Source of the DNA: Mytilus californianus
Taxonomy: Eukaryota
Assembly: GCF_021869535.1 (NCBI RefSeq)
Contig: NW_026262581.1
Location: forward strand, 15,686,001 to 15,750,000
Reading direction: 5' to 3'
DNA: 64,000 bases
Below are positions 26,489-38,095 of this stretch, piece after piece; the first letter of the stretch is position 1, and each line of letters opens with the position of its first letter. The translations under genes and the position numbers were made by a program. Under the pieces are notes generated by a model that saw nothing but the letters and a program-made list of their open reading frames with translations, ran no database searches and was not told where the DNA came from.

Positions 26489-27272
26489 TGTTACAGTACT
26501 TTAATAATTGTAAGAAAAAGCTTTAAGATTTTTCTTTGGCTCCTTTATGATTACAAATTTGCTTGATATCAAACACTTGAAATATTTATGCGATACAGTA
26601 ACATCCTACAGAAATACATCATGTACGAAGCCTTTTCGTTTCACCGCTGCTTCTCTATGAAATAGATTACCAGACCAATTTGGGACTGAAAATAGCTTCA
26701 CATATTACAGAATATAATTCCTGGATTTGTTCTGACTGTTGTTGCTTTGCTTGGTGGTATTTTAATACCCTTTCAATCATTTTTATGTTTCCTAACTAGC
26801 TTACATTGGATTTTTTGGGTCTCATTATGCCAGCTGGTTACAGAATACAGTAGATGCATATCGTAGCTCTAGATCTTGTTTCATGCACACTGACTCCGGA
26901 GGTGAAAAAAATACTTCTAAAAAAATCATACAAATCATATTTTGATATGCCTGCCGAACTTGCACTATTTATTAAAATTATTTTGTGCAGCGTACTTTCT
27001 GAATTTCTATGTAATAGCCAGATACAGATTCTCTGATTTTTTGTGAAAAGATTAACAGAGCTGTTACTTACATATAATGCTCATTTGACATTTCAGATAT
27101 TGCAAAAAATGTATATAAAGTTTGCCTTTATAACAGAACTGACCAGATTAAGTCGCAAACTTTTAAATTTCATCTTTTTTTTAGTATCTTAGTGTTTTAT
27201 ATGTACTTTTAATGTTGTGCTGAATTATTTGCATACTGCATCTTTGTTTTAATTATTAAAGTACACGTGTTT

Positions 27273-27370
27273 ACACACACACACAAACACACCCCTCCTC
27301 CCCCCCCCCCCACCCCCCCCCCCCCCCCCCCCACCCCCCACCCACCCCCACCCCACCCACACACACACAC
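27273..27370. repeat. (CA)n plus poly-C low-complexity tract
   Basis: Seen directly in the sequence. Confidence 0.9.
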
Positions 27371-28259
27371 GATGCAATGATCTGTGCTGTTACAGCTTTT
27401 ATCTATGTGTCTAATTGACGGAATGAAACCAGTAAAATCTATTGGAAAGTAAGTAAAAACCATTTCAATGTGATTGATATAAGCAATCATACCGTATAAT
27501 CAGCTAAAAACGAGAAAAGCTAACGGCATAATTGATAACAATACAATTTACGAAAAACAAATATGAAAAACCGATTCATGGCTTGAGACAGGCATATATT
27601 GAATCTGGCTAGATTAAACATGTTTGTGAGCGCTCAACCTCCCCTAAATTTGGACAGTGATGTAACAACACAGCATAAGAACAAAAAATCAGTTTGCTTT
27701 AAAGTTCCTTTTTTAATTGAGTCTACAAAGATTCAGTGCTCTTCCTTTTGAGCAAACAGGTAGTCAACTAAAGTGCATAGGAAAAAAAGAGAAGGAATTC
27801 ACCAAAAAGGATAATATAAAGTCATAAGTCGAAAAAAAACCCCGACAATATCTTGACAACAAAAAAACAACTACAAAAAACGTAAAGACAGACAACAGTT
27901 TACAAAATACTACAATCGTAACAAGCTAAAGATGGAGCAACACGAACCACAGTAAAACCGGGGGTGTTCTCGGGTGCTCCGGAAGGGTAAGCAGATTTTT
28001 TTTTATTTTATAGCAACTGTTCTAAACCATAAGAAATTTTATATATCCTAGGACGATTGAAAATATAACTGAGTTCACATGCTCATACACTACGACTTAC
28101 ATTTTATAAATCACAAGTTATAAAAGAAATACGCATTTATTTGTTATTTATTTCCAACAAACCTGATGCGAAATGTTGTTGAATAAAAAAAATATTCTTC
28201 TCATTTGTTAAAACCACTAGATAAAAATTGAAGTGTATATTTCATACTGACAAAACTAT

Positions 28260-30941
28260 TTACTCATCAGTATCATCAAGTTCAAGATTATCTTCACTAT
28301 TGTCTTGAATATCATCATCATCAGAAGTGTCATCATCATGATAATCATCATAATCATCACTTTCATCACTATCTAATGTCACATTCTGCCCTAAGATTTT
28401 TAGAACGAATTTAATTTCCCATTTTTCATGCTGTTTATCTTGAATGTCTTGGTCTTGAGGAAAAATGTTGACTTCAGGTAGGAAGAATCTAGGCAAAAAA
28501 TATTTTTTGTTGTAGGCTAAAAGTTTCATAAATATTAACACGGTAAGTTCCATTAGTGATGGCAATTTAGAAATGTCATCTGGTGTATTTGGGTTCCAGT
28601 GAAGTTCTTGTAATACGTGAAATGTGCAGTTTTTCAACATATAGCTACTTATGTCAGTTACATTGCAGATGTCAACAAAGAGCTTTGCAAGCGCGTAACT
28701 ATCGCGTACTTTTTGCGGAAAAGTCTCCATAAGGCAAACTTCTGCTGGCGCCGTAGAGACGCGTAAATTGGTTTGTACTGGTCTTATTCGATCAATAGTA
28801 TCCACTATGAATTCTTTGAGATATTCAGAGGTGAACGATTGCTCGTCGGAAGTTGTGTCAAGTAAAAGCAGACAGCCAGCATCATGGATATTCTGAGTCA
28901 TCATTGGTAACGAATTAGGATCGATTGGCCACCAAGCTGTTTTTCTGACGGCAGGAACCATGTCTATCTTAATCCTTAGTTGTTTATGTTTACAACCAAA
29001 CCATAGAAGACGTACCATAAAGACTGTCGTTTTCATATCTTTTTGCAAGAATGGCATTTCGAAAACGTAACACAGATTACGGATTTCATCATTCTTCCAT
29101 AAACTCGGATCGTGTAAGGCTCGATTCAAATATTTGTGGAGGTACATGAATATAGGCGGTGAAATGAAAAGTCCATTTTCATCAAAAAATTCCAATACGT
29201 CTTGATGGCCTTCAATAGGTTTAAGCTTCAATACATTACTGTTGAATTTTTCTTTGGAACTATTTCTTTCTTTATGACGATTTCTCTCTTTGGGACTATT
29301 TCTTTCTTTAGGACGATTTCTCTCTTTGGGACTATTTCTTTCTTTGATGTCACAAAATTCAGCAATTCTATCTAAACAAAGGACAAAATCAAATTCATCT
29401 GGAGCATTTACTTTTGTTTTTTCTTTTGAACTACCGGACTGAAAAACTGTCATTTCAAATCTTGAGTCGTATTTTGAGACTTGTTTGCATAGTAACTCTA
29501 CAAAAAAGCATATAGTGGAATTGATTTTTTCCTCTTCTTCTCCTTTATTTCTATATTTGTGATCAAGAAGTTCTTCAACAAATTGGTCCATTTTCATTTC
29601 TAATTTTTTTGATGTTTGCAATGACTTAAAATTTTCAAAAAACTGTTGGTTTCTGTCGTAAAGCTCTTCCGTTGTTGAGCATTTAAGTAGAGCTTCTTCT
29701 GAACTTATTCTCAAGTGACTTCTTGCTGTTTCGATAGGAGATTCTCCTAGTTTGTCTCTGATGTCATTTCTTGCTCCATTTTGAATCAACAAATTGACAA
29801 AAGCGCCAGAATCGTGGTAGGCAGCATAATGCAATGCAGACGACCCACTGTTGTCTACTGCGTTTAGAACGGTCGATGCTGTAGTTATATCATTCAGAAA
29901 TGGGAGACAATCAGAATCGTAAAATGCACTTATATACATTAACGGAAAACAGCCCCATTTATCAGATGCGTTAAATTCAATGTCTGTTGTTTTCATTACA
30001 TTTACAATTGATTTGATTCTTTCAAACGTTAAATCTTTGCTATCAACTCTCACTAAATGGGCTGTCGACTGCTCATATATGTTCTTAGCATTAGCGTCGG
30101 CTCCGGTTTCAATGAGCATTTTCAGCAACTTAACAGGTGCTTTGCGCAAGCAGGCTATAGCATAATGAATTGGATAGTTTCCTAGATTGTCTGCTATCGT
30201 TGAGCATCCTCCAGCATCAGACATTTTCCGCAAAACCTTGATGGCATTCACGTTTCGATATCTATCGAAATGGTTTATTATCAGAAGAAAAGGGGTTGTA
30301 CCATTTAAATTTCTTTGTTTCAACAACGTTATTAAATTCTTATGAGCACAGCAAGATACTTTTCCTCTAACAATGTCGTCAAGTAGTGCAAATCTGTCTT
30401 TAAATTCATCGGAGACAGGGCTTGTTTTGTTTATACTTTGTACAAAAGAATGAAGGAAATTTTCACCATCTTTGTTTATCATGTCTACGTCCAACCCAGC
30501 GCACGACTCGAGGATAAACCGTAGGACACATGGTGGGATAGTATTTCTGCTTGCTAAGTGAAGTATGGAATATCCATGCTTAGTTTGTTGATTAATATCA
30601 ATTCCTAAACTTAGTAGGACTTGAATGGTTCTTTGCCAATCGTCTATAGCAACAATGTTGTAAATTAAACTGTGTAAAACATTGTACCCGTTTAAATCTT
30701 GCTTTGTGACATCAACTCTCGGCACCTGCAGGAGCAGTTCTAGCACATATGTATTTGTGTTTATTGCAGCATAATGAAGAGGAGTTTGGTTCCATCTATT
30801 ACCGGTATTAACATCATCCCACTCCTGAGAGGCGAACCAGCACTGAAGTAAATCTGGTCGAGTATCTTTAATAGATTTATGTAGTATAGTTTCTTCACTG
30901 AAACAGCTGTCGTCACGGTTATATATCTCTTCATCTGACAT
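28260..30941 (-). CDS. Ankyrin-repeat cGAS/Mab-21-like nucleotidyltransferase (ANK-cGLR), 893 aa, single coding exon
   Basis: Uninterrupted 2682-nt ORF in repeat-rich DNA. About 10-11 ANK motifs (TPLHYAA, NVLH, SILHLA, NFLH, YPIHYA, SALHYAA) at aa ~15-420. NTase motif G503-S504...E516-F-D518 (QSGSSKEKTKVNAPDEFDFV) and D660 (IKIDMVPAV). Mab-21 C-lobe motifs RVSTAPAE, SYMLKNCTFH and LPRFFLPEVNIF. Acidic tail. Confidence 0.9.
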   Translation of the reverse strand: MSDEEIYNRDDSCFSEETILHKSIKDTRPDLLQCWFASQEWDDVNTGNRWNQTPLHYAAINTNTYVLELLLQVPRVDVTKQDLNGYNVLHSLIYNIVAIDDWQRTIQVLLSLGIDINQQTKHGYSILHLASRNTIPPCVLRFILESCAGLDVDMINKDGENFLHSFVQSINKTSPVSDEFKDRFALLDDIVRGKVSCCAHKNLITLLKQRNLNGTTPFLLIINHFDRYRNVNAIKVLRKMSDAGGCSTIADNLGNYPIHYAIACLRKAPVKLLKMLIETGADANAKNIYEQSTAHLVRVDSKDLTFERIKSIVNVMKTTDIEFNASDKWGCFPLMYISAFYDSDCLPFLNDITTASTVLNAVDNSGSSALHYAAYHDSGAFVNLLIQNGARNDIRDKLGESPIETARSHLRISSEEALLKCSTTEELYDRNQQFFENFKSLQTSKKLEMKMDQFVEELLDHKYRNKGEEEEKINSTICFFVELLCKQVSKYDSRFEMTVFQSGSSKEKTKVNAPDEFDFVLCLDRIAEFCDIKERNSPKERNRPKERNSPKERNRHKERNSSKEKFNSNVLKLKPIEGHQDVLEFFDENGLFISPPIFMYLHKYLNRALHDPSLWKNDEIRNLCYVFEMPFLQKDMKTTVFMVRLLWFGCKHKQLRIKIDMVPAVRKTAWWPIDPNSLPMMTQNIHDAGCLLLLDTTSDEQSFTSEYLKEFIVDTIDRIRPVQTNLRVSTAPAEVCLMETFPQKVRDSYALAKLFVDICNVTDISSYMLKNCTFHVLQELHWNPNTPDDISKLPSLMELTVLIFMKLLAYNKKYFLPRFFLPEVNIFPQDQDIQDKQHEKWEIKFVLKILGQNVTLDSDESDDYDDYHDDDTSDDDDIQDNSEDNLELDDTDE
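29247..29345 (-). repeat. Coding minisatellite, 18-nt unit with 36-nt higher order (KERNSP/KERNRP)
   Basis: Alternating tttctctctttgggacta / tttctttctttaggacga, ~5.5 units, frame preserving. Confidence 0.9.
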
Positions 30942-31770
30942 CGTACAGTTGTATCATCAAGTTATACTCTAATAATTTACATTTATCTGAAGTATACATA
31001 AAGAATTCATTAACAGAGTAATAATGTCATTATATCAACAATATGACAAACGTTAATCTAATGTAGTCCAATTTTATTTATGCAAGGAATTTTTTTGTGG
31101 AATGTTGTTTGAATTTGGTTGTTGATTTCCAGTCATATTTCACTTCAAAGTTAATATTAATATGTAATATGTTTTGTGTTTGGAAGTTTTCCTAGGTTTT
31201 ATATGTTCTAAAAGTGTGATTTTTTATATTAGGTAACTGATGCAAAGAACATTGAAGAATTTCCGCTGTTTATTATTCTATAACAACTCACACTGAACAA
31301 ATGTAAAGGAGGATAAGAAATATTTTTCTATTTTTTCTCTTTATATGCGTAGAAAAGCAAAGTTATTTATCTTTCCCTTTTTTTAGCTAACTTAGCCATA
31401 AAGTCATGTTCACCTGTTCGAACGTCGGTCCATCGTTAGATAATTAACATTTACTTCATCGCCTCTGAAACAACCAATCAAATGTGAACCAAACGTGGCA
31501 GAAATAGTATGCAATGTTCTCTATTTTCTGATTTCGGTACGACTGGAAATTAAATATGATCACAAATCTAAAGAGGCAATCTTTGTTTTGAATTGGCCAA
31601 TTATAAAATATTTTCTCCTCTGAAAATTTAAGGCGACATATTTTGATGACTGGAAAACATCTTGTGATTTATAAGTTTATATTCGGCGTCCGTACAATTT
31701 TCATATTTCCGACTTCTTCTCTGAATTCACTTCACAGGCACTTGTCTCTGAGATTGCGCCCACTTATTTA

Positions 31771-32604
31771 CCTTAATATAACACAAGGTACTTAACTCAC
31801 ATTTTTGAAAAATGAAAATCGGTCGTGAACTTTCGTTATATTTCGATTCCTCGTTTGTGTACCCCACTAAAACTTGTTATCCCGTAATTCTACATTGATT
31901 TATCGACACAATGGTGTATGACACACCTACCTTTGTTGTAGAAATCATTCGCAGCAAGTATATCAACCGTAATTATTTCGTCTTCTCACAGCCCTTTGGA
32001 AATATTAATATCGCAGTAAATCGTTAATTATAATTGTCCCTTTGGTATCTTTCCCCTCTCTTATACATATCTCGCTTTCCGTTTGGTCAAATCTAATTGC
32101 TAAAAATAAATGTTTTTTGGAGTTATCTCAATTTTATATGTAGTCTAGAGAGATTCTGAATGACATTGATTGACCGTGAAAATTTGAGTCTAAAAAAAGA
32201 ACTCGTAACTCATTAGACATACATCAAATCACAGTTATTAGATTTTTTTTTCACAGAATCTTTGACAAATTTACTCTCTGGATGATAAGTTCTATTCAGA
32301 GAAAAACTAACAGGTTTTTGGTAAATACTTTATATAATTAATCATTCACTGCGAGAATAATATTTCTAAAGGGCTGTGAGAAGACGAAATAATTACGGTT
32401 GACATACTTGGAAGGCCTATTACGAATGATATCGATAATAAAAATAGGTGTGTTATACACCATAGTGTAGATAATTTAATGTTGATTTACGGGATAACAA
32501 GTTTCAGTGGGATAGATAACCGCAAAAACCGAAATATAACGGAAGTTTGCGGCTGGGTGACATTCTTCAAAAATGCGAGTTAAGTACCTTGTGTTATATT
32601 AAGG
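31771..32604. mobile_element. Foldback/MITE with ~260-bp inverted arms and TA flanks
   Basis: ccttaatataacacaaggtacttaactc...aaccgtaattatttcgtcttctcacagcccttt is mirrored at 32330-32604. TA on both sides. Confidence 0.75.
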
Positions 32605-32689
32605 TATATGGGAAAAATTGTCAGAAACAAGTGCCTGTGATTCATTTGTCTTATTTTAAGTATACTGAGCAGGAATGTATGGTAAAAAA

Positions 32690-33293
32690 TTGAAAATATA
32701 AACGGGGAATGCGCCAAAGAGACAACAACCCGACCAAAGAGCAGAAAACAGCCAAAAGCCACCAATGGATCTCCAACAAAGCGAGAAAATCCTTCACCCG
32801 GAGGCGGGCTTCAGCTGGCCCCTAAACAATAATGTATACTAGTTCAGAGAAAATGGACGTCACACTAAACTCCGAAACATATAAATGAACCAAAATTAAA
32901 AAAAAACAAAACATACAAGACTAACAAAGGCCAGAGGTCCCAGTCTTGGGACAGGCGCAAAAATGCGGCGGGGTTAAACATGTTTTGTGAGATCTCAACT
33001 ATCCACTATACCTCTAGCCAATGTGGAATAAACAAACACACAGCTATACGCACAGTAAAATTCAGTTTAAAAGAAGTCCGAGTCCGATGTTAGGTAACAG
33101 AAGAAACTCAGCAAAATGACAATAATCAACATAATTTAACAAAGGACTACTAGCAGTTACTGACATGCCACCTCTAGACCTTAATTTAACTGATTGAAAG
33201 AATACGTCTTCATCATATGAAAATCAAGCACAACCATACCATCATAGAATATACGATATAAAAACATAACCCGCATCATGCAAACAACTGGTA
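32690..33293 (+). repeat. Dispersed repeat (copy 2 of 5815-6600)
   Basis: Collinear similarity to 5815-6440. Confidence 0.8.
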
Positions 33294-35020
33294 GTTTCTT
33301 TACAAAAGAGTATTAAGAAAAATATCGAATTTCAAGGTAATTTAAAAAAGGGGAAGTCAATCATTTGTCCATAAAACCTGACAAAATCAAATGTTAGACT
33401 ATATAAACCAATGGGAACAAATAGTAAACAATGTCATATTCTTGACTTGGTACAGGAATTTCCCAAAGAAAATGGTTGGTAAGACCTGGTTTTATATTTA
33501 GCTGCACCTCCCACTTCTGTGACAGTTGTTTATATCTCCATTATAATGAAAAAATTAGTCGGGCAACTGACTAAAAATTTCAGACAAACATACAAATAAA
33601 TCTAACAAAGACGGCAACAAAAAAGTTAATGTAGTTGATAATAATTTTGACATCTTATTCTTATTTAATTTTGAACGAATGAAAAACATGGCCGCTAGGG
33701 CAATCTTTGTTTCTGATGACATTGTGCCAATGTTAAACGTAGCGATTTAATTTGGTTGTTTTTTTCTGCAGTAAAACTTTGAAGTAGATTTTTCAGAACG
33801 AATAAACATATTTACGACCTTCAATATAAAAATAAGCAGATGAGGTATGATTGCCAATGAGACAACTATCCGACAGAGTTCAAATAAAGTGGATGTAAGC
33901 AATTATAGGCAACCGTACGAAAAGTGTGTAACTGATAAAAATTGTAAAATCTACTCATACAAATTTTCTCTTTTGTTCAGAATATTTTGTAGAAAATATT
34001 TCTTTAAACAGAAAACAGTTTAACAACACATTTCTTTCAGTTTACTAAGGATTATTACATAATGTTAAAATTTAAGAGCCATCCTATCCTATACATGCTA
34101 TAGCATTGCAAAAAAGAACAATGCACCATTATCTATACCTATAAATTCGTTTGTCGATGATATTATTCACATCTTGGAAAAGCTATTCATTCAGTATATC
34201 TGATAGCAATTCTATTATTATTAGTTCTATTGTAGTATCAAATTGTACAAATTTCATCCGAAATTATCTAACAATAAACTGAATCCTATCACCTTTTTAT
34301 GGTAGGCTAAGTAGGCTACTAGTTACAGTTACATGTATATTTACAAAACTTTGATTTTTTTTTTTAATACGAAGGATTTTCTCCCACAGGAATAGATTTG
34401 TAGGTCCTCAGTGCTTTTTAACTCCGTGCTTTATTTGATCCTTTTTGACTTTTTTTATTCGAGCGTCACTGATGAGTCTGTTGTACACGAATCACACGTC
34501 TGGCATACACAATTTTACCTCTGGTATCTATGATGAGTGTATATACGTGAAGTACACGTAAAAGTCTACTTAAATGTTAGAACATGTATTCCTTGTCTGT
34601 TATATTATACATGAATCGTTACTGTTTTGTGCTTGGGTTGCATCAACCATTTTAGAGTAAAGTGTTTTGTCTGTCACATTTTATTGCAAGTTTTATATTA
34701 ATCTTTATTGGTCCACTTATTAAGTATTAAAGGGGGGCATTGAGATCTAAAACACACTAATGTGTGTGCCCCAAAGTCTGGAATCTTACCAGCGGTTGTC
34801 GTATGCCTTATCGCTTTATTTGTTATTTAAGTGTTGTAATGATGTAACTCCAATTTTTCGAAATGTTTGGAAATGGATTTGAAATTTAAAAGCGCAATAA
34901 AATAGATAATTGAGGAAGATATAGAAATTGAAATCGAATATATGGACTTGAAAAGCAACTGTTTGCTCACTTGTATTTTGAATAAACAAACACCTTAAAT
35001 AGATAATAATCGCGTGTTAC

Positions 35021-35095
35021 GGAGAGAGAGAGGGAGGGCGGGGGGGGGGGGGGGGGGGGGAGAGAGGGGGGGGCGGGGGGGGGGGAGAGAGGAGA
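35021..35095. repeat. GA/poly-G low-complexity tract
   Basis: Seen directly in the sequence. Confidence 0.9.
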
Positions 35096-37715
35096 ACACA
35101 TTACAAGAAAAAACATCCCTTTAGAAGATATTTTCTTATATTTTTTTTAAGACAACCATGTATTTTGGAATTTAGTAGTATCCCAATTCTGTAATGCCTT
35201 ATTTGCTGAGAATTAATCAAAGATTAAGTTCAAATCATGCAATCAATTTGAGGATAGTATAAGAAAGATAATTTTGATAATTGTTTTAGAGCAAAAATAT
35301 ATGAAAAATGGTAGAGATACAACAATATAAACAGTTTTTTATCTGAACTTTCAGTGTCCAACTAGATGAATAAGCTACATTATAATTCAATGTGAAGTTT
35401 GGGGATAGAACAGCATAGTTCTGATAAACATTCTTAGAATGTAGAAATATCATATTATAGTTGTATAGGGAGATAGACAATTGCACCTCGATCTGAAATA
35501 AAAATGTCCATTTTGTCTTTTCTGCCATTTGTGGAAGATCATTCAAGATTCACACGACGATTTGCTTTTGAATGTATATCTTTGATAGTTTTGTTTAATT
35601 TATGCACTACTTCTTTAGACTTGAGGCGGTTTAGATCCTGACATACCGTATAGGTATCTTTCATTATAGCAGACTGTTCTAGATATCGTTTAGTTATTTT
35701 CGTCGTTGGGTTGCTGTCTCATTGACGTTTACCAAAATTCCGTTAAAATGCATATTCAATAAAAATAGCAAACTTCAAAATTAAGTCTAATTGCAATATT
35801 TTAAATTAATAGAGAAATATGTGTTGAGAATTGTTGAAATCATTAGATTTTAATCAATACATATCAATACTGAAATTGCTCTATAATCAAACATACATAC
35901 CCTTTCCTTCTTTTTCCTAGTAAATTGGACGTGTCAAAACGCAATCCATTAATCCACATAATAACACACAGCCAATCCTTTCTCTTACTTAAATTTCTTC
36001 CTTGTACGCAAAGACTTTTTAAAGTTTAATTATAGCAATGGAGGCTACAAAGGGTTTTTATGCATTAACTGTTATGCTATGTAAGGTAATATGTGTAGGT
36101 GGGTGTTTTTTTTTTATCAGCTGTGAATGAAAAATACCAAGTTTAAATCTAAGATAAGGAGGTCGAAGGGGATGTCCCCCCAATATAACATTCACAAAAT
36201 AGGATAAATAGTACATGACTGGAAAACAGTATAATATTATGGTCAAGAAAGGAGTTGCAGGACCACCAAATGGCATCAGAATTCGACGCAACCAGCCAAG
36301 ATACTAATGCTGTAAATGTAAGTTTCGGGTATGGTTTTGGACAAATGAATCAGTGTGAGGAGACTTTATAAAAATGTTTCATAACCATGATAATGAAAAT
36401 TTAGACAGATATCATTTTAAAAAAATCTAATGAGTTTAGAATAGGTTTGAATTACGTGAACTCAAAGAGGCTATGGGATAACATTTCAGGAAATAAGGTG
36501 CTAACAGTTTTAGGCTTGTTACCATACAATATCTAAATAGATACACCGTGGATACAAAATTTCTACACCACATAAAGAGAAATAAAAAAAAAAGTCAGCT
36601 AAAACAAACAAAAAACCAAACAAAAACCAAGCAAACGTTTGATACCAGTTTATGATCCTTCACAAAAGGTGTAATAAATTATGCTGACTTCTCTTATTTA
36701 ACGCTCGTCATCTTCACTATCATGTGTTCAATAATATTGATCTCTCCTTGCCTTTTCTGTCATATGGACAGAACGAGATAGATATGTATATAAAATATTC
36801 TCTGACCGAACCGAGTCATATGATTATTTCAGTTAACTTAAAAATAGACAAGATTTGTGGAGCAGAAATTAAGAAGTCTGTATCGGAATATGTATAATCG
36901 TTAAATGCACCTACGCAATAGAAGAATGTACACTAAGAGTGTCGAATGATAAAAAAAAAAAGATTTTATGTTATAATTATTCACAGTTATTTCTTTTTTA
37001 TTCGAATATCAATGTCATGAATTTTTGTATGACGCCATGATTTTTATCAGTGGCGGATTCACTGTTTTTTTCTTCAAAAAGGGGAATGGAAGGGATTTTA
37101 GAAATGTGCGCAAAATAGTTTCCATTTGAATTTGATTATTCCCATAAGAACAAATTCTAGATCTAACAAGTTAAGAAAGATACATCTAATAAGGCAATCT
37201 AGATTTTCAAAGTTTGTTTCCACATTGTGCATGGAACAAATGCATGTATATAACATGTATAATGATATGTTGGTTGCACGAATTTAAATTAGTTTGCGAG
37301 GAAGACCTATATCGTGCTATATAGTAATCAAATGACAATTTTGTCCAATTGTTGTGCTTGTTAAATTAGTCCAATGAAAGAGTATTTCTTGAGGCTAATA
37401 TTATCCATCAAAACTCATCTAGACCTACAACTAATTCAAACCTACAAACAAGAACTGCTAAAAACTTACCACAGGCTGTGTCTTTGGATTCCAGCCAAAG
37501 AGGGCAGGCAAATAGGCGGCACCAACAAACGTTTCAGCATCCTGTACAAGTCTCTGCAGCCGATACATTAGGAAAACCATCCAAACCCCAAAATGAGAAC
37601 CTCCCAGCTAGCAATTCTTCCCTATCAGTTAACTCAGGATCAATCAACCATCAAGCTCCTGAAACAATCCATAATGTACATGCTGACATTAATCGCGATC
37701 TCCACCCGAGTCATT

Positions 37716-38095
37716 AAAAGAGGGACGAAAGATACCAGAGGGACAGTCAAACTCATAGATCGAAAACAAACTGAAAACGCCATGGCCAAAAATAAAAAGA
37801 CAAACAGACAAATAATAGAACAGATGACACAAAAAAACTGGGGGTGATCTCAGGTGCTCCAGAAGGGTAAGCAGATCCTGCTCCACATGTGGCACCCGTC
37901 GTGTTGCTTATGTTATTACAAATCCGGTAAATAGTCTAATTCGGTAAGTCACATTCGTGAAAAGGGAAGGGTATTGTAGTTACGACATAAGGAACATATC
38001 CGATATCATCTGTGAAACGGTTATTCCATAACGGTCAACCAACTCGTGATGGCTTCCGTAAAATTTACGAAGGGATGATTTCAACTTCACCATTT
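37716..38095 (-). mobile_element. Penelope-like element 3' end nested in the LINE 5' region
   Basis: Translates KLKSSLRKFYGSHHELVDRYGITVSQM and is homologous to 58755-58990. It is followed by the gagcaggatctgcttaccctt.ggagcacctgagatcacccc tail seen many times in this window. Confidence 0.8.

Noticed and set aside
27209-27490. Gly-rich ORF
   Set aside because: Translation of the poly-C/(CA)n tract.
27273-35095. C-run and G-run flanking the cGLR as inverted termini of a gene-capturing element
   Set aside because: The similarity is only homopolymer, with no shared unique sequence or TSD. Such runs are also error-prone in assemblies.
36270-36317. Possible orphan exon ATG-ASEFDATSQDTNAVN|gtaagt on the plus strand
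   Set aside because: I found no compatible downstream exon or homology, so it cannot be supported without RNA data.
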